Origin: Haliotis rufescens | Taxonomy: Eukaryota | Direction: 5' to 3' | DNA length: 64,000 nt | Assembly (NCBI RefSeq): GCF_023055435.1 | Contig: NW_025964057.1 | Span: forward strand, 3,410,001-3,474,000 | Part shown: piece after piece, positions 35,707 to 48,119 of the stretch | Layout: each line of letters opens with the position of its first letter | Numbering within the stretch: the first letter of the stretch is position 1 | Position numbers and translations under genes: made by a program | Notes under the pieces: generated by a model | What the model saw: the letters and a program-made list of their open reading frames with translations, nothing else | Database searches by the model: none | What the model was told of the DNA's origin: nothing

Positions 35707-36047
35707 CGACCTCTGCTGCTGTATGTGGGTCATGATCACAGGAGAGTGTATGACACTGCAGTGCTAAGTGAGTGAACTGTTTCATTGACCCACCCACAAA
35801 CCCATTCCAGAACTGTTGAAGCTAACGTTACATGACAAAGACAGTTGATATGAGTTGTGATACAGCCTCCCACGTGCCAAATCCTCTAATTATTCAATTA
35901 GTGTTTCGAACACTAGTGTTTGTATGTACATATGGGTTTCACCTCATTGCCGGTGCTGTTAAGTGTGTGATGTCATTGGAGATTAGATGATCATGCAATT
36001 AATTGGGCTGAATGTCTGTTTATGTGTATACATTTCATTCACTGTAG

Positions 36048-36309
36048 TCGTGAAGATCCGGGGTACAATAGGTCTTCAGCAGCCCATAGTTGCTGTAAAA
36101 GGCGACTATCCTTGTCGTAAGACGCGACTAACGTGATGGGGTGGTCAAACTCGCTGACTTGGTTGATGCATGTCATCGATCCCAATTGCGTGGATAGATG
36201 TTCATGATATTAATCACTGGATTGTCTGGTCCAGACTCGATTATTTACAGACCACCGTCATATAGCTGGAATATTGCTGAGTGCGGCGTAAAACAACAAA
36301 CCAACCAAA
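36048..36309 (+). mobile_element. SINE family B copy
   Basis: Full-length match to 62884-63137. Confidence 0.85.
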
Positions 36310-38689
36310 TCACTGTGTGGTCCCATGTACTACTACCATATTCACTTTCAAGAACACAAGGCGGGGCTTCCATGGAGGACCTATTCTACTCTTTAAACCA
36401 AGTTAAGTGCCTTCATACTTCAATTGGATGTAATATTAATAGAAAAAATACTTGTCATCTTTTCGCTTGAAACAGGGTTTCTATACGTCTGTGCCCCTAT
36501 TACATGCACATGCTAATTGTGATATTGTTTTTGAAACAAACTTCACATGCAAACTCTTTCAGTGGAGGTCAGAGAAGTGGAGTCTCAGTGGAGGTTATCT
36601 GTCACATCTCATGTTCCAGTTATGATTGTTCAAGTTATATAAGATTGTGGCAGTGATGAGAAGAACTCCATTTGAAAGTATAGTTGGCAAGAGACAGGGA
36701 GATATCAGGCCAGAAAACATGCCTTGACCACATGACATACTTACGTCCTTGTCCAAAGTTGAAAACTCAACAACAGCTCTGCTATTTCATGTTTGATATT
36801 TGCTACCTTTCTGACGTTATCTGTGTTATCTAGAATGAGATATATATTATCTGCAGATTAAACATTATTTCATTTATGGTCCTTGTTTGTCTGAAATGGG
36901 TTTCTTCAACTGACGAAGACACCAATGTGTCCTGGATCCATGCAGGAAAGAAGTACAAGAAGAAAGCAATCATGAAGAAACACATTGACATGTTTGTGAC
37001 AGTTACCTTGTTCATAACACACTGATTTAAATACGAAAAGATGAAAGTGAATCAAATTCAGCCTCACATATGTTGATCTTTAAAACATTAATGAATTCAG
37101 TGACAGCAGGTCACATTTGAAACTTGAAATGGACGCTGTCCAAATGAAGTATTATGTTCAACAAATATTAAAATATAAGATTGTATTGCTGCAAATCTGA
37201 TGTCCCTTCTGTCCAAGCCACAATTATGTTTCTAGACACATGAAGTTCGGGGATAGAATAGGTCTTCAGCAACCCATGCTTGTCATAAGAGGCGACTAAC
37301 TGATTGGGTGGTCAGGTTGCTCATTTGGTCAATGTATGTCATCGTATCCAAATTGCGTGGATTGATGCTCATGATGTCAGTCACTGGATTGTCCGGTCCA
37401 GACTTGATCCTTTACAGACAGCCATCATATAGCTGGAATATTGCTGAGTGAGGTGTTAAACAACAAGTAAACAAACAAACAATGAATTTGAAGAACTAAG
37501 ATGTCCCACAAATCTTTTATTGGAATAAGATTTGGACTTCTTGCTGAAGTGTCTCTTTAGCATTCTTAGGTTAGCATTCCAGAACATCAAACGTGAGGCC
37601 CAGAATTATCCATGAAGAAAGGGCTAGTGGCCAACGCATGATTGTAACAGTAGTCTCCAGGATGGCATGCTAATATCAAGGTCTGTTCAGATTACCCTGC
37701 GCAGTGATCAAGTCGAGTTTACCATTACCGAACCCCTACTCAATGAATGGGTCTCTAGAATGTTGTGTGCAGTAATGGCAGTATTTGCTTGCCTCCAGAC
37801 ACGTGTACGGCCGTGTACCCTGTGTAACAGAAACCGTCTTTCATCTGAAAAATATACCTTCCGCCATGATCCAATATTCCAGTTAAGACGTTGTTTGAAC
37901 TAAACCAAACGAGGCGCTTTATGGGCATAAGTTAACGAGACATTTGATTGGTCTTCTGGCTCTGTATCCAGAAGATTTCTTTGAGGAAGTTGATGTAAAA
38001 CTGCTTTGTTATTGAAACCCACAAATCTATAACATCCATCGTCATATAGCTGGAATGTTGCTGAGTGCGGCGTTAAACAACAAACAAACACGCCGGTGCC
38101 GCCATGATGTGAAGTAAATATCGCTGACTGGCGGGGGAAACAGGATGGATCAAGGACAATGTACACCTGCCTGACAGCTCTGACGTACACATTGTACAAA
38201 CAACAAGACACCTTGCACAACACACGGCCGATCCCATGTTTTATGGGTATCTTTATTACTGACGTTCCTTTTGCCAAAACAATCAAAGATGCGTGCATGG
38301 AATAAATTACAATAACACAGCAACGTGTCTCGTGGTTAGTGACTTGTCAGTGCAAGAAAACCAGCCAAGATTTCTGCCGCAACAGGTTCCACACGTGCGT
38401 AAAGGGCAAATAGCTGTGGAAATTAAGAACGAATGCAAGAATTGGGACCGCGGAGCACATATATATACTCTTAAAATGGTAGAGGATACTCGGAAAGAAC
38501 TAAAAATTCCCCAAATGTAAGATATTAGTTTCTCTTAATACTTTTATGTTATGAGCGAGTTGGGAACATGTTACACACCATTACAGGGTCGATTGATCCG
38601 AAACCAGGCTCTACGAAATCGAGCTCAAACAGCGAATCAAACTTGTATCATGCTACAGTTGTACGAGTTACGGTCTGACGATTACAACT

Positions 38690-39700
38690 GATTGCATGCA
38701 GCTTGGCTCCATGCTCGACGGCCTTGTTTTTTGTGCCGCTCCTTACAAAACGTCATATTGCCAGGAGACGTCAATGGCGTAACACTGGGGTAATCATCGC
38801 TGGTCACGTGTCCTGTTTTCTAACGAGTCCCGATTCACTTTGCACTTCCTTGATAGGCGTGGTCGTGTATGGCGACGTCGAAATGAACGTCAAGCCAACG
38901 TCTGCGTGAGACATGACAGATTTGGAGTTGGATTGGTTATGGTGTGGAGTGGCATCACTATGACTGCATGACCGAACCCCACTCCATATTGTGCAAGGAA
39001 GGGTAACTGGACAGTACTATCGAGGACAACACAGACACCCTTTGCTGTTCCGTGTGGGTCGACGTTTTGTCTTTGAGGACGACTACGCCCGTGCTTACCT
39101 GCCGCGCACGAATTCAGAATACTCACTTTCAGAAGCACAACATCCTTAGAATGCCATGACCAGCAATGAGCAGCACAACATCCTTAGAATGCCATGACCA
39201 GCAATGAGCAGCACAACATCCTTAGAATGCCTTGACCAGCAATGAGCAGCACAACATCCTTAGAATGCCATGGCCAGCAATGAGCAGCACAACATCCTTA
39301 GAATGCCATGGCCAGCAATGAGCAGCACAACATCCTTAGAATGCCATGACCAGCAATGAGCAGCACAACATCCTTAGAATGCCTTGACCAGCAATGAGCA
39401 GCACAACATCCTTAGAATGCCATGGCCAGCAATGAGCAGCACAACATCCTTAGAATGCCATGGCCAGCAATGAGCAGCACAACATCCTTAGAATGCCATG
39501 GCCAGCAATGAGCCCAGACCTTTCCCCTCTTGAACACGATAGGGAGACGTGTGCGTCAACGTCATAGGCTGCCGACCACGTGGGCCGAACCTGGCGCTGC
39601 AAGAGGAGTGGGACAGACTCCCTTAAATCGCCATTGGGAGACTCATACGCAGTATGTCTCGTCGACTAAATGAATGTTTCGACTAATCGTCGCGGTATTA
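38690..39700 (+). pseudogene. Decayed Tc1/mariner (DD34E) transposase
   Basis: Frameshifted fragments VLFSNESRFTLHFLDRRGRVWRRRNER, HDRFGVGLVMVWSGIT, FEDDYARAY and WPAMSPDLSPLEH correspond to the Tc1 motifs FSDESRF, MVWGGI, QDDNARPH and WPxxSPDLNPIE. Confidence 0.85.
39134..39513. repeat. 38-bp minisatellite x10 inside the Tc1 transposase remnant
   Basis: Unit AGCACAACATCCTTAGAATGCCATG(A/G)CCAGCAATGAGC; 380 bp in total. Confidence 0.97.
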
Positions 39701-40271
39701 TGCACTACTGATCCAAAAAAGTCAACTTCGAAATTTCCCATTTTACCCCTATCGTCCTTCAAGATAGTTGGCGGTCATAATTCCTACTGTCATACTTGAC
39801 TTTATTCATGCCCTGTGATTACAGACTGAGATGACGACCGATGTGACGAATGCGCTTCCATGTATCGGTGCAGTCGATGTAGACTTGGTTACGCGTTGGA
39901 GAACGCACCTGTTACCGTCGTCTTTGGTGACCAGCGTCCGTCACCCGTTGACCGTCTCACACCTGCGGCCGCACTCCAAACAATTTGTCGCCTTGCAGAG
40001 GCGCGTGTACACATGGGTTTCTACAATATTTAGTGTTTTTTGTATAGAGTTCATGTATGGTATTACGCCGTTTAAATGACTATTCAAGGTATGTCACTGG
40101 TAACTGTTCGAATCTGGACCAGGATAACCAGTGGTCGATAGTGTGAACACCGATTCGGGTCGTGGGATTTGGGTAGACACAGTCTACCAGGTCACAGCTG
40201 GTCTACTGAAGGGGCACCTCATTCCACTACCCATACCCGGGAGCCAGTGTGTCTCATGTCTGGAACTAGGT

Positions 40272-40625
40272 AGACCGCCTCCGTGGTCTTGTGGTAGAGC
40301 GTCCGCCCGGAGAGCGGAAGGTCCAGGGTTCGATCCCGGGCCGCGTCATACAAAAAGACGTTAAAAGATTGTACTTGTTGTTACCCTGTCTGGCGCTCGG
40401 CATTAAGGGGCTAAAACAAGGACTGGTCGGCTCGGAGTCAGTATACTGTGTCTGAGTGGGGTATTCATGTTAAACTGCGGCATGGTATCTCAGTGAGCTA
40501 GCACTAAAAATCGGCATCAGTCCGGACTAGTACAAGCAGCCACACACACACACATACACGTGCATGCACGTCGCTATATAAGTGCAATAATCTTGGACGC
40601 GACGTTAAACCCAATTTCACCTCAC
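40272..40625 (+). mobile_element. tRNA-derived SINE family D with 12-bp TSD
   Basis: A box TGGTCTTGTGGTAGAGCG, B box GGTTCGATCCC, (TCACC)n tail; CTGGAACTAGGT duplicated at 40260-40271 and 40626-40637. The central part resembles the Meta/MESC domain as I recall it. Confidence 0.88.
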
Positions 40626-42091
40626 CTGGAACTAGGTCATGGCGGACCGTCCCGGGGTGCAGTGAATACATCACACTATATACAGTCGAGTAGGCGTTAT
40701 ATAGTCCACCATGGCATTGCAGATTGGTGAATATGAGGTATCAATTTTCCATTTGGTACCTTTAAATCTCGCACTTGCACACAAAAACGTATGTATGAAT
40801 ATATCGGTAGCTATCATGTCGATCCATACAAAATGGCTGCCGATAACCCATCCAAACTGTATCCGATCGATATCAGAACATTATCGGATGTTTTGGGCGA
40901 CGATTTTGACGTCCTAGACGTAACTGGTGTGATGGTGACACTGTCAGCTCTTTCTGTGAATGGGTGTATTGTTAAATGGATGTCCAGATCCGGGGTAGAA
41001 TAGGTCTACAGCAACCCATGATTGTCGTAAGAGATCGGGTGGTCAGGCTCGCTGATCTGGCTTGTGCATGTCATCGTATCCCAATTGCGTGGATCGATGC
41101 TCATGATGTCAATCACTGGATTGTCTGGTCCAGAGTCGGCATTTAGCTGGAATATTGCTGAGCGCGGCGTTTAACAACAAACGAACAAACAAACATCAAA
41201 CTGTATGGTCGGTGAGCGTACAACACGTCTCCTCTTGTACCCTGTGTATATGCACTTCTCACGACTTCTTTTATAAGTCCAGACTCGATTATTATCAGAC
41301 CGCCGTCATATAGCTGGAATATTGCTGAGTGCGGCGTTAAACAACAAACAAAAACCTGTTTGCCTGGCATGTATCCGTGTTTACTGTGGTGGCAGAATTG
41401 AGACACATATACCTACTGCGATGTAAACTATGGTCCACAGCTGACGTATTGAGGTCACACGTGCACTGGCACACTCTACACCGCTGTTGTCAACAACAGG
41501 GGGAACCAGTCGTAAACTGGGACAACAAGAAGTAGCGAGCAGGATGTACCAAAACAACGTTTCTTCATTAAAAATACAAAACAAATATATATTGGTATGT
41601 ACAGATGTGGAGGGTAGGGGACCGGGATTGTTGGATGGGTTAGATACAAAATATTTGAAAAAAATGCCTTAGGTCTTACAAAGTACATCAGTTCACTGGA
41701 CATGCTGTATACCCTAAAAATGTAGTGAAAAAAGATGTGTTCTTTAAAAAAAATGCACGACGTTATGCTGCAGGTACACGGTCGACAACCACTGGTGTAT
41801 ACATGATCAACAGGGTGGTAAAGTAATTCACGGTGGGCCTATCCAGGAGAGGACGGTTTGATGTCCCCTCTGTGTGGCCGTGTGCCCTGATGGGCGAACG
41901 CACTGACCACTAGGCCACCTCCCGCCCCAGTAGACACTGGTTGCGCAATGTCCCACTGACAGTCCCCTATGCTGCATCAACAAGATGATTTGAAGTGATG
42001 TTTCCGGTACATGTATCGCGCATTGGAAAACTGTTTACGACACAATTCCACGAACTGCAGTGACATGACGTGACAGGCGGAGGTCAGGGGG

Positions 42092-42099
42092 TATATATA
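42092..42099 (+). promoter_or_regulatory. TATA box of the secreted Cys-rich gene
   Basis: GC-flanked TATATATA about 44 nt upstream of the ATG; TGACGT(G) CRE-like site at about 42067. Confidence 0.55.
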
Positions 42100-42135
42100 C
42101 AAGGCTGGTGTTGACGATAGCTACACTTCCCCATC

Positions 42136-45100
42136 ATGTCGAACACTGTGTTGCTAGCACTGACTCTCTGCCTCGTCGTATCCTTAACGTCGGGGTTCCT
42201 CTTCAACAACAGTGAGTATAATGTGCATGTTATAGCGTGTGTATGTTATAGCGTGTGTATGTTATATGTGCATGTTATAGCGTGTGTATGTTATATGTGT
42301 ATGTTATATATGTATGTTTTTTTAAGAATTGACATTCACTTTGTGTGAGGGCCAAGCTCCGACGTTCATACCGTTCATACTCCAGTGAACTCACACAAAG
42401 TGAAAGTCAATTCTTATAATTGTTTATCACAATTTCTTACCTCAAAGGATGTAGGCCAAGATCTATACACAATTTTATTTAGTACGTGTGACTTAATTGT
42501 ATTACATTTACATCAATTACAAGACGTCATAATGGTCGACACGATAAACATTACGGGGGAGATTTGGGGAGTTGCTACTGAACCCATGGCGGTAACATGT
42601 TTTGGTCACCATTGATCAACTGGCCGATCAGTGAGAGGTGATTAAAGATGTGTCAAATAGACACGAAGGTAAACTCATATATGGCTGTAGACTAACATCT
42701 AGTCTCTGAAATGAACATATCGTACAGAAAAAAAACAGTTGTTCAGTTATCTTAATAAAAATATAATAAAAAAGAGCCCAGTGACTCTCTTCATTTTCAC
42801 TGCAGTGATCTAGACTTGCCAGACTTGCATTGGCTGTATTTGATATATATTTGTATCAGGGTCTGTAAGACAGACTAATATGGCTGTAGACAGTCACTGC
42901 CAACCTAGACACGGATCGAGTCGATACAACCACAGTTTGGATGTGCATTTCTTCGTTTTGTTCACAAGGATGGGTCGTAGCGAGGATATTCGTGAACGAT
43001 CGTGCAGTGAAACTCTGACGTTTCTCACTGTATACTAAAACGCTGAGTTCAAGATTAAAGCGTCTACATGATCAGAAAGAACGCTTCTGTATTTATTTGT
43101 GCTAGAGAATTCCCAGGGGGCCCCCAAGAATGTGGAAGTTGTCCGTCAGTGATTACGTCATTTCAAGAACACGGTCTCGTGAAAAACGTATGAACGTCAA
43201 ATTGAACGTCAGTTTCGCGGTCATGTGACCGACCTCTCGTCCAATGGAAAAGTTGTGTATCGTGTAAACTTCAAATAAACAAAATATTTAATATATGTTA
43301 TATCATGAGTATGTTATATTATATACGTGTATGTGGTATATCATATGTATGTTTAGACCATGTATATGTTGTATCATATGTATGTTATATCATGTGTATT
43401 TTAAATCAAGTGTATGTTATATCATTTATTTGTTATATCAAGTGTATGTTATATCATGTGCATGTTAAATGATAAGTCAAATACCCCAATGTGATTTGTC
43501 AGCGCGAGGTCAGATACCAAATGTACGTTAGCCAATGTCACTCAAACACACAACTCTATTTAATAAACGAATTAAGAATAAACCTTATGTGTGCGCTTTT
43601 ACAATACCAATGCCATACAACATTGTATCCCAGCTTGATCGCATGGGGCCAACGATGGAGAAAGTTTGGGGATGGCAATAGTTGCCACAAATGCTGAAAC
43701 AATGCCCCTATATGGCTGAAACAATGTCGCTATATGGCTGAAACAATGCCTCTATATGGCTGAAACAATGTTGCCATATGGCTGAAACAATGCCGCTATA
43801 TGGCTGAATCAATCCCTCTGTATGGCTAAAACAATACCCGTATATGGCTGAAACAGTGCCCCTATATGGCTGAAACAATGCCCCTATATGGCTGAAATAA
43901 TGCCCCTATATGGCTGAAACAATGTCGCCATATGGCTGAAACAATGCCCCTATATGGCTGAAACAATGTCGCCATATGTCTGAAACAATGCCCCTATATG
44001 GCTGAAACAATGTCGCCATATGGCTGAAAAAATGCCGCTATTTGGCTGAAACAATGTCGCTATATGGCTGAAATAATGCCCCTATATGGCTGAAACAATG
44101 TCGCCATATGTCTGAAACAATGCCGCTATATGGCTGAAACAATTTCGCCATATGGCTGAAACAATGTCGCTCTTATGGCTGAAACAATGCCTCTGTATGG
44201 CTGAAACAATGCCCCTAAATGGCTGAAACAATGCCCCTTTTGGGCCGAAACAATGTCGCTATATGGCTGAAACAATGTCGCTATATGGCTGAAACAATGC
44301 CCCTATATGGCTGAAACAATGTCGCTATATGGCTGAAACAATGTCCCTATATGGTCGAAACAATGTCCCTATATGGCTGAAACAATGCCCCTATATGGCT
44401 GAAATAATGCCCCTATATGGTCGAAACAATGTCCCTATATGGCCGAAACAATGTCGCTATATGGCTGAAACAATGTCGCTATATGGCTGAAACAATGTCG
44501 CTGTATGGTCGAAACAATGTCCCTATATGGCTGAAACAATGTCCCTATATGGTCGAAACAATGTCCCTATATGGCTGAAACAATGTCGCTATATGGCTGA
44601 AACAATGCCCCTATATGGCTGAAATAATGCCCCTATATGGTCGAAACAATGTCGCTATATGGCCGAAACAATGTCGCTATATGGCTGGAACAATGCCCCT
44701 ATATGCCTGAAATAATGCCCCTATATGGTCGAAACAATGTCGCTATATGGCCGAAACAATGTCGCTATATGGCTGAAACAATGCCCCTATATGGCTGAAA
44801 TAATGCCCCTATATGGTCGAAACAATGTCGCTATATGGCCGAAACAATGTCGCTATATGGCTGAAACAATGCCCCTATATGGCTGAAATAATGCCCCTAT
44901 ATGGTCGAAACAATGTCCCTATATGGCCGAAACAATGTCGCTATATGGCCGAAACAATGTCGCTATATGGCTGAAACAATGCCCCTATATGGCTGAAACA
45001 ATGTCGCTATATGGCTGAAACAATGTCGCTGTATGGTCGAAACAATGTCCCTATATGGCCGAAACAATGTCCCTATATGGCTGAAACAATGTCCCTATAT

Positions 45101-47035
45101 GGCTGAAACAATGTCGCTATATGGCTGAAACAATGTCCCTATATGGCTGAAACAATGTCCCTATATGGCTGAAACAATGTCCCTATATGGCTGAAACAAT
45201 GCCCCTATATGGCTGAAACAATGCCCCTATATGGTCGAAACAATGTCGCCATATGGCTGAAACAGTGCCCCTATATGGCTGAAATAATGCCCCTATATGG
45301 TCGAAACAATGTCCCTATATGGTCGAAACAATGTCCCTATATGGCCGAAACAATGTCGCTATATGGCTGAAACAATGTCCCTATATGGCTGAAACAATGT
45401 CCCTATATGGCTGAAACAATGTCCCTATATGGCTGAAACAGTGCCCCTATATGGCTGAAACAATGCCCCTATATGGTCGAAACAATGTCGCTATATGGCT
45501 GAAACAATGCCCCTATATGGCTGAAACAATGTCCCTATATGGCTGAAACAGTGCCCCTATATGGCTGAAACAATGTCCCTATATGGCTGAAACAATGTCC
45601 CTATATGGCTGAAATAATGCCCCTATATGGTCGAAACAATGTCCCTATATGGCTGAAACAATGTCGCTATATGGCTGAAACAATGTCGCTATATGGCCGA
45701 AACAATGTCGCTATATGGCTGAAACAATGTCGCTGTATGGCTGAAACAATGTCGCTATATGGCTGAAACAATGTTGAAGCGGTTGTACCATTTTATTTGA
45801 CTTACTTCTCTGACCAATTGTGGCGGGTACAACAGTGATGGTTTTCATGTTTACAGACTGTGGCCGGGGATGTCGATTTTGCACGGGACAGTTGGGGTGT
45901 ACTAGCTGTGAAGCTCAGTTTTGTTTGAAGCGTGTTAACAGGTAACCACCACAAAAGTACATCCCCACACTCCCATAACTGAGGACTCACAGACGCACAA
46001 CATGATTAAACATGCTTGTATGAGCGCTAAAAAATCAATTTCATCAAGAAGCCATAAGATAAACCTGAATCAAATTCTTATATTTTACGTACGCTTTATT
46101 CAATGTGTTCTGTTAATACTTGCTGTGACGTTGTCATGTTGTTGAATGAGTTCTACACTGATAAATGCCATTCGCTGTTGTTTTTTCGTCAGTATACAAA
46201 CACAATTTATCAAATGATTGACTATGGATTGTTTTTGGTTCATTGAGGTGAATGAATCGAAAAACCGATGTGCAAACTGTGTGAATCCCGTCATGTAATT
46301 ATATATTATTTCCTGTAGGTTTGGCGTGTGCTTAAGGGGCTGTGGTGTCGGGGCCTTCTGTAATCCCGTCGGCTACTGTAACGGTAAGTCCATATGTTTG
46401 TAATACTTAGTCTCTAAATCTATTGTATAAGTTTTCTTTTGGTGACTAAACGTTTTGAAATAGAGACAAAACTAAAAGAAAATATGTTATCGTAGCCTTG
46501 TATGAAATGTTTTGGAGTTTTGTTTGTTCAATTATAGAAGTAGTCGTGAGAAGTACATATACACAGGGTACAAACAGGGGGGACGTGTTGTACGTTCGCC
46601 GACCATTCAGTTTGATGTTTGTTTGTTTGTTCGTTTGTTGTTTAACGCCGCACTCAGAAATATTCCAGCTATATGACGGCGGTCTGAAAATAATCGAGTC
46701 TGGAAAAGACAATCCAGTGATTGACATCATGCGCATCAATCAACGCAGTTGGGATACGATGACATGCATCAACCAAGTCAGCGAGCCTGACCACCTGATC
46801 CCGTTAGTCGCCTTTACGGCAATCATGTGTTGCTGATGATCAATTCTAACCCGGATCTGCACGGGTCCCATTTAGTTTGAGTGTTGCCACTTTCACTTAT
46901 CGATGTGTGTTGTGTGTTGCAGACTGTACCGATTCCCACTGTGACGTGTGTACCGCCAGGAATCAGTGTACCCGCTGCAAGAGTGGGTACACGCTACAGA
47001 ACGGCCGCTACTGCTACCGCCGGTTCGGAGGTTGA
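42136..47035 (+). CDS. Small secreted R-spondin-like furin-type Cys-rich protein, 112 aa; join(42136..42211,45857..45941,46319..46383,46923..47035)
   Basis: Signal peptide MSNTVLLALTLCLVVSLTSG. Four exons with GT-AG sites and phases 1/2/1 total 339 nt. Mature part has 16 Cys: CGRGCRFCTGQLGCTSCEAQFCLKRVNRFGVCLRGCGVGAFCNPVGYCNDCTDSHCDVCTARNQCTRCKSGYTLQNGRYCYRRFGG. Confidence 0.85.
43690..45775. repeat. 21-bp minisatellite (ATATGGCTGAAACAATGCCCCT-type) in intron 1 of the secreted gene
   Basis: About 95-100 units with variants GTCGCT/GTCCCT/GCCCCT. Confidence 0.95.
46616..46868 (-). mobile_element. SINE family B copy in intron 3 of the secreted gene
   Basis: Reverse-complement match. Confidence 0.85.
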
Positions 47036-47340
47036 TCACGTGGGGAGCCACGCCCATCTCCACCCAGGCACTCAACTCAGCTCTACCCTGCTTCTTGTAG
47101 GGGGTGACATGCGCTCAGCCCCACCGTCAATTGTCCCAGGATTGTTCTGTTGTCATGCCGGTGGAAGTGGAAATCTATGTCAATTCTGTCTTTATATGTT
47201 ATTAAATGTTTTACCATCATATATATTTACTTGTTTTTTTTTGTAGTTAGACGCAAAGCTGTTTAATAAGTCCATAAATGGAAACGGCTGCACGTCATTG
47301 CCTGGACTAGAGAGTTTGGACGGCCTTTTGGCACCCACAC

Positions 47341-47375
<35 letters not shown>

Positions 47376-47388
47376 TGGTAGTGGTAGT

Positions 47389-47573
47389 NNNNNNNNNNNN
47401 NNNNNNNNNNNNNNNNNNNNNNNNNNNNNNNNNNNNNNNNNNNNNNNNNNNNNNNNNNNNNNNNNNNNNNNNNNNNNNNNNNNNNNNNNNNNNNNNNNNN
47501 NNNNNNNNNNNNNNNNNNNNNNNNNNNNNNNNNNNNNNNNNNNNNNNNNNNNNNNNNNNNNNNNNNNNNNNNN
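47389..47573. other. Assembly gap after a (TAG/TGG)n microsatellite
   Basis: Run of N. Confidence 1.
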
Positions 47574-47989
47574 TAAATTAAGTAGTATTTTTAAACCAAT
47601 CAACTTGACGTGTTTGTATTCACATCTACTGGAGGAATTTAGTTTCATTACTAAGATGATGTGGATGATGGACATAGGTAGCATATCTTTCGATGTCAAC
47701 TGACAAAAAAAGAAACGTTACCAAACTGAAAACCGAAAAGTATTACAAAATGGTTGAGAATCAATCGTTCAAACACAACCACAACAGTGTGCTGAGTAAT
47801 GCACGTGCTACATTACCCAGATCAGTGGAACTTGACTTTGAAGTGAAACTTCTGCTGCTCTTGTAGCATGCCAGCCTACAAAGATATGAATATAGAAGGA
47901 ACGATGTACTGTTCAGTCACACCCAAACCATTGGACAGTGACAAATACCATGCTGAGATTAATGGTACTGAGAGAACAAGCCATATGAT

Positions 47990-48071
47990 ACATCAAGAAG
48001 CAACGCATGACCACGTTGCGAGGAGTTTTGGCCGTAGCCGAATGACAATCACCAGGCTGATGATCCATTAA
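47990..48071 (+). mobile_element. Tc1-like transposase N-terminal HTH remnant
   Basis: Translation VARSFGRSRMTITRL resembles the Tc1/Tc3 helix-turn-helix. Confidence 0.45.
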
Positions 48072-48119
48072 AATATTGAAAGTCCAAGTTCACAGTAAAA
48101 TGCATTTCTCCAATCGCAA

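Noticed and set aside
34420-35797. ORFs of 164-439 aa (LECRLPMVDTLC / GSLHSRQRVSTM repeats)
   Set aside because: Translations of the 36-bp 3' UTR minisatellite.
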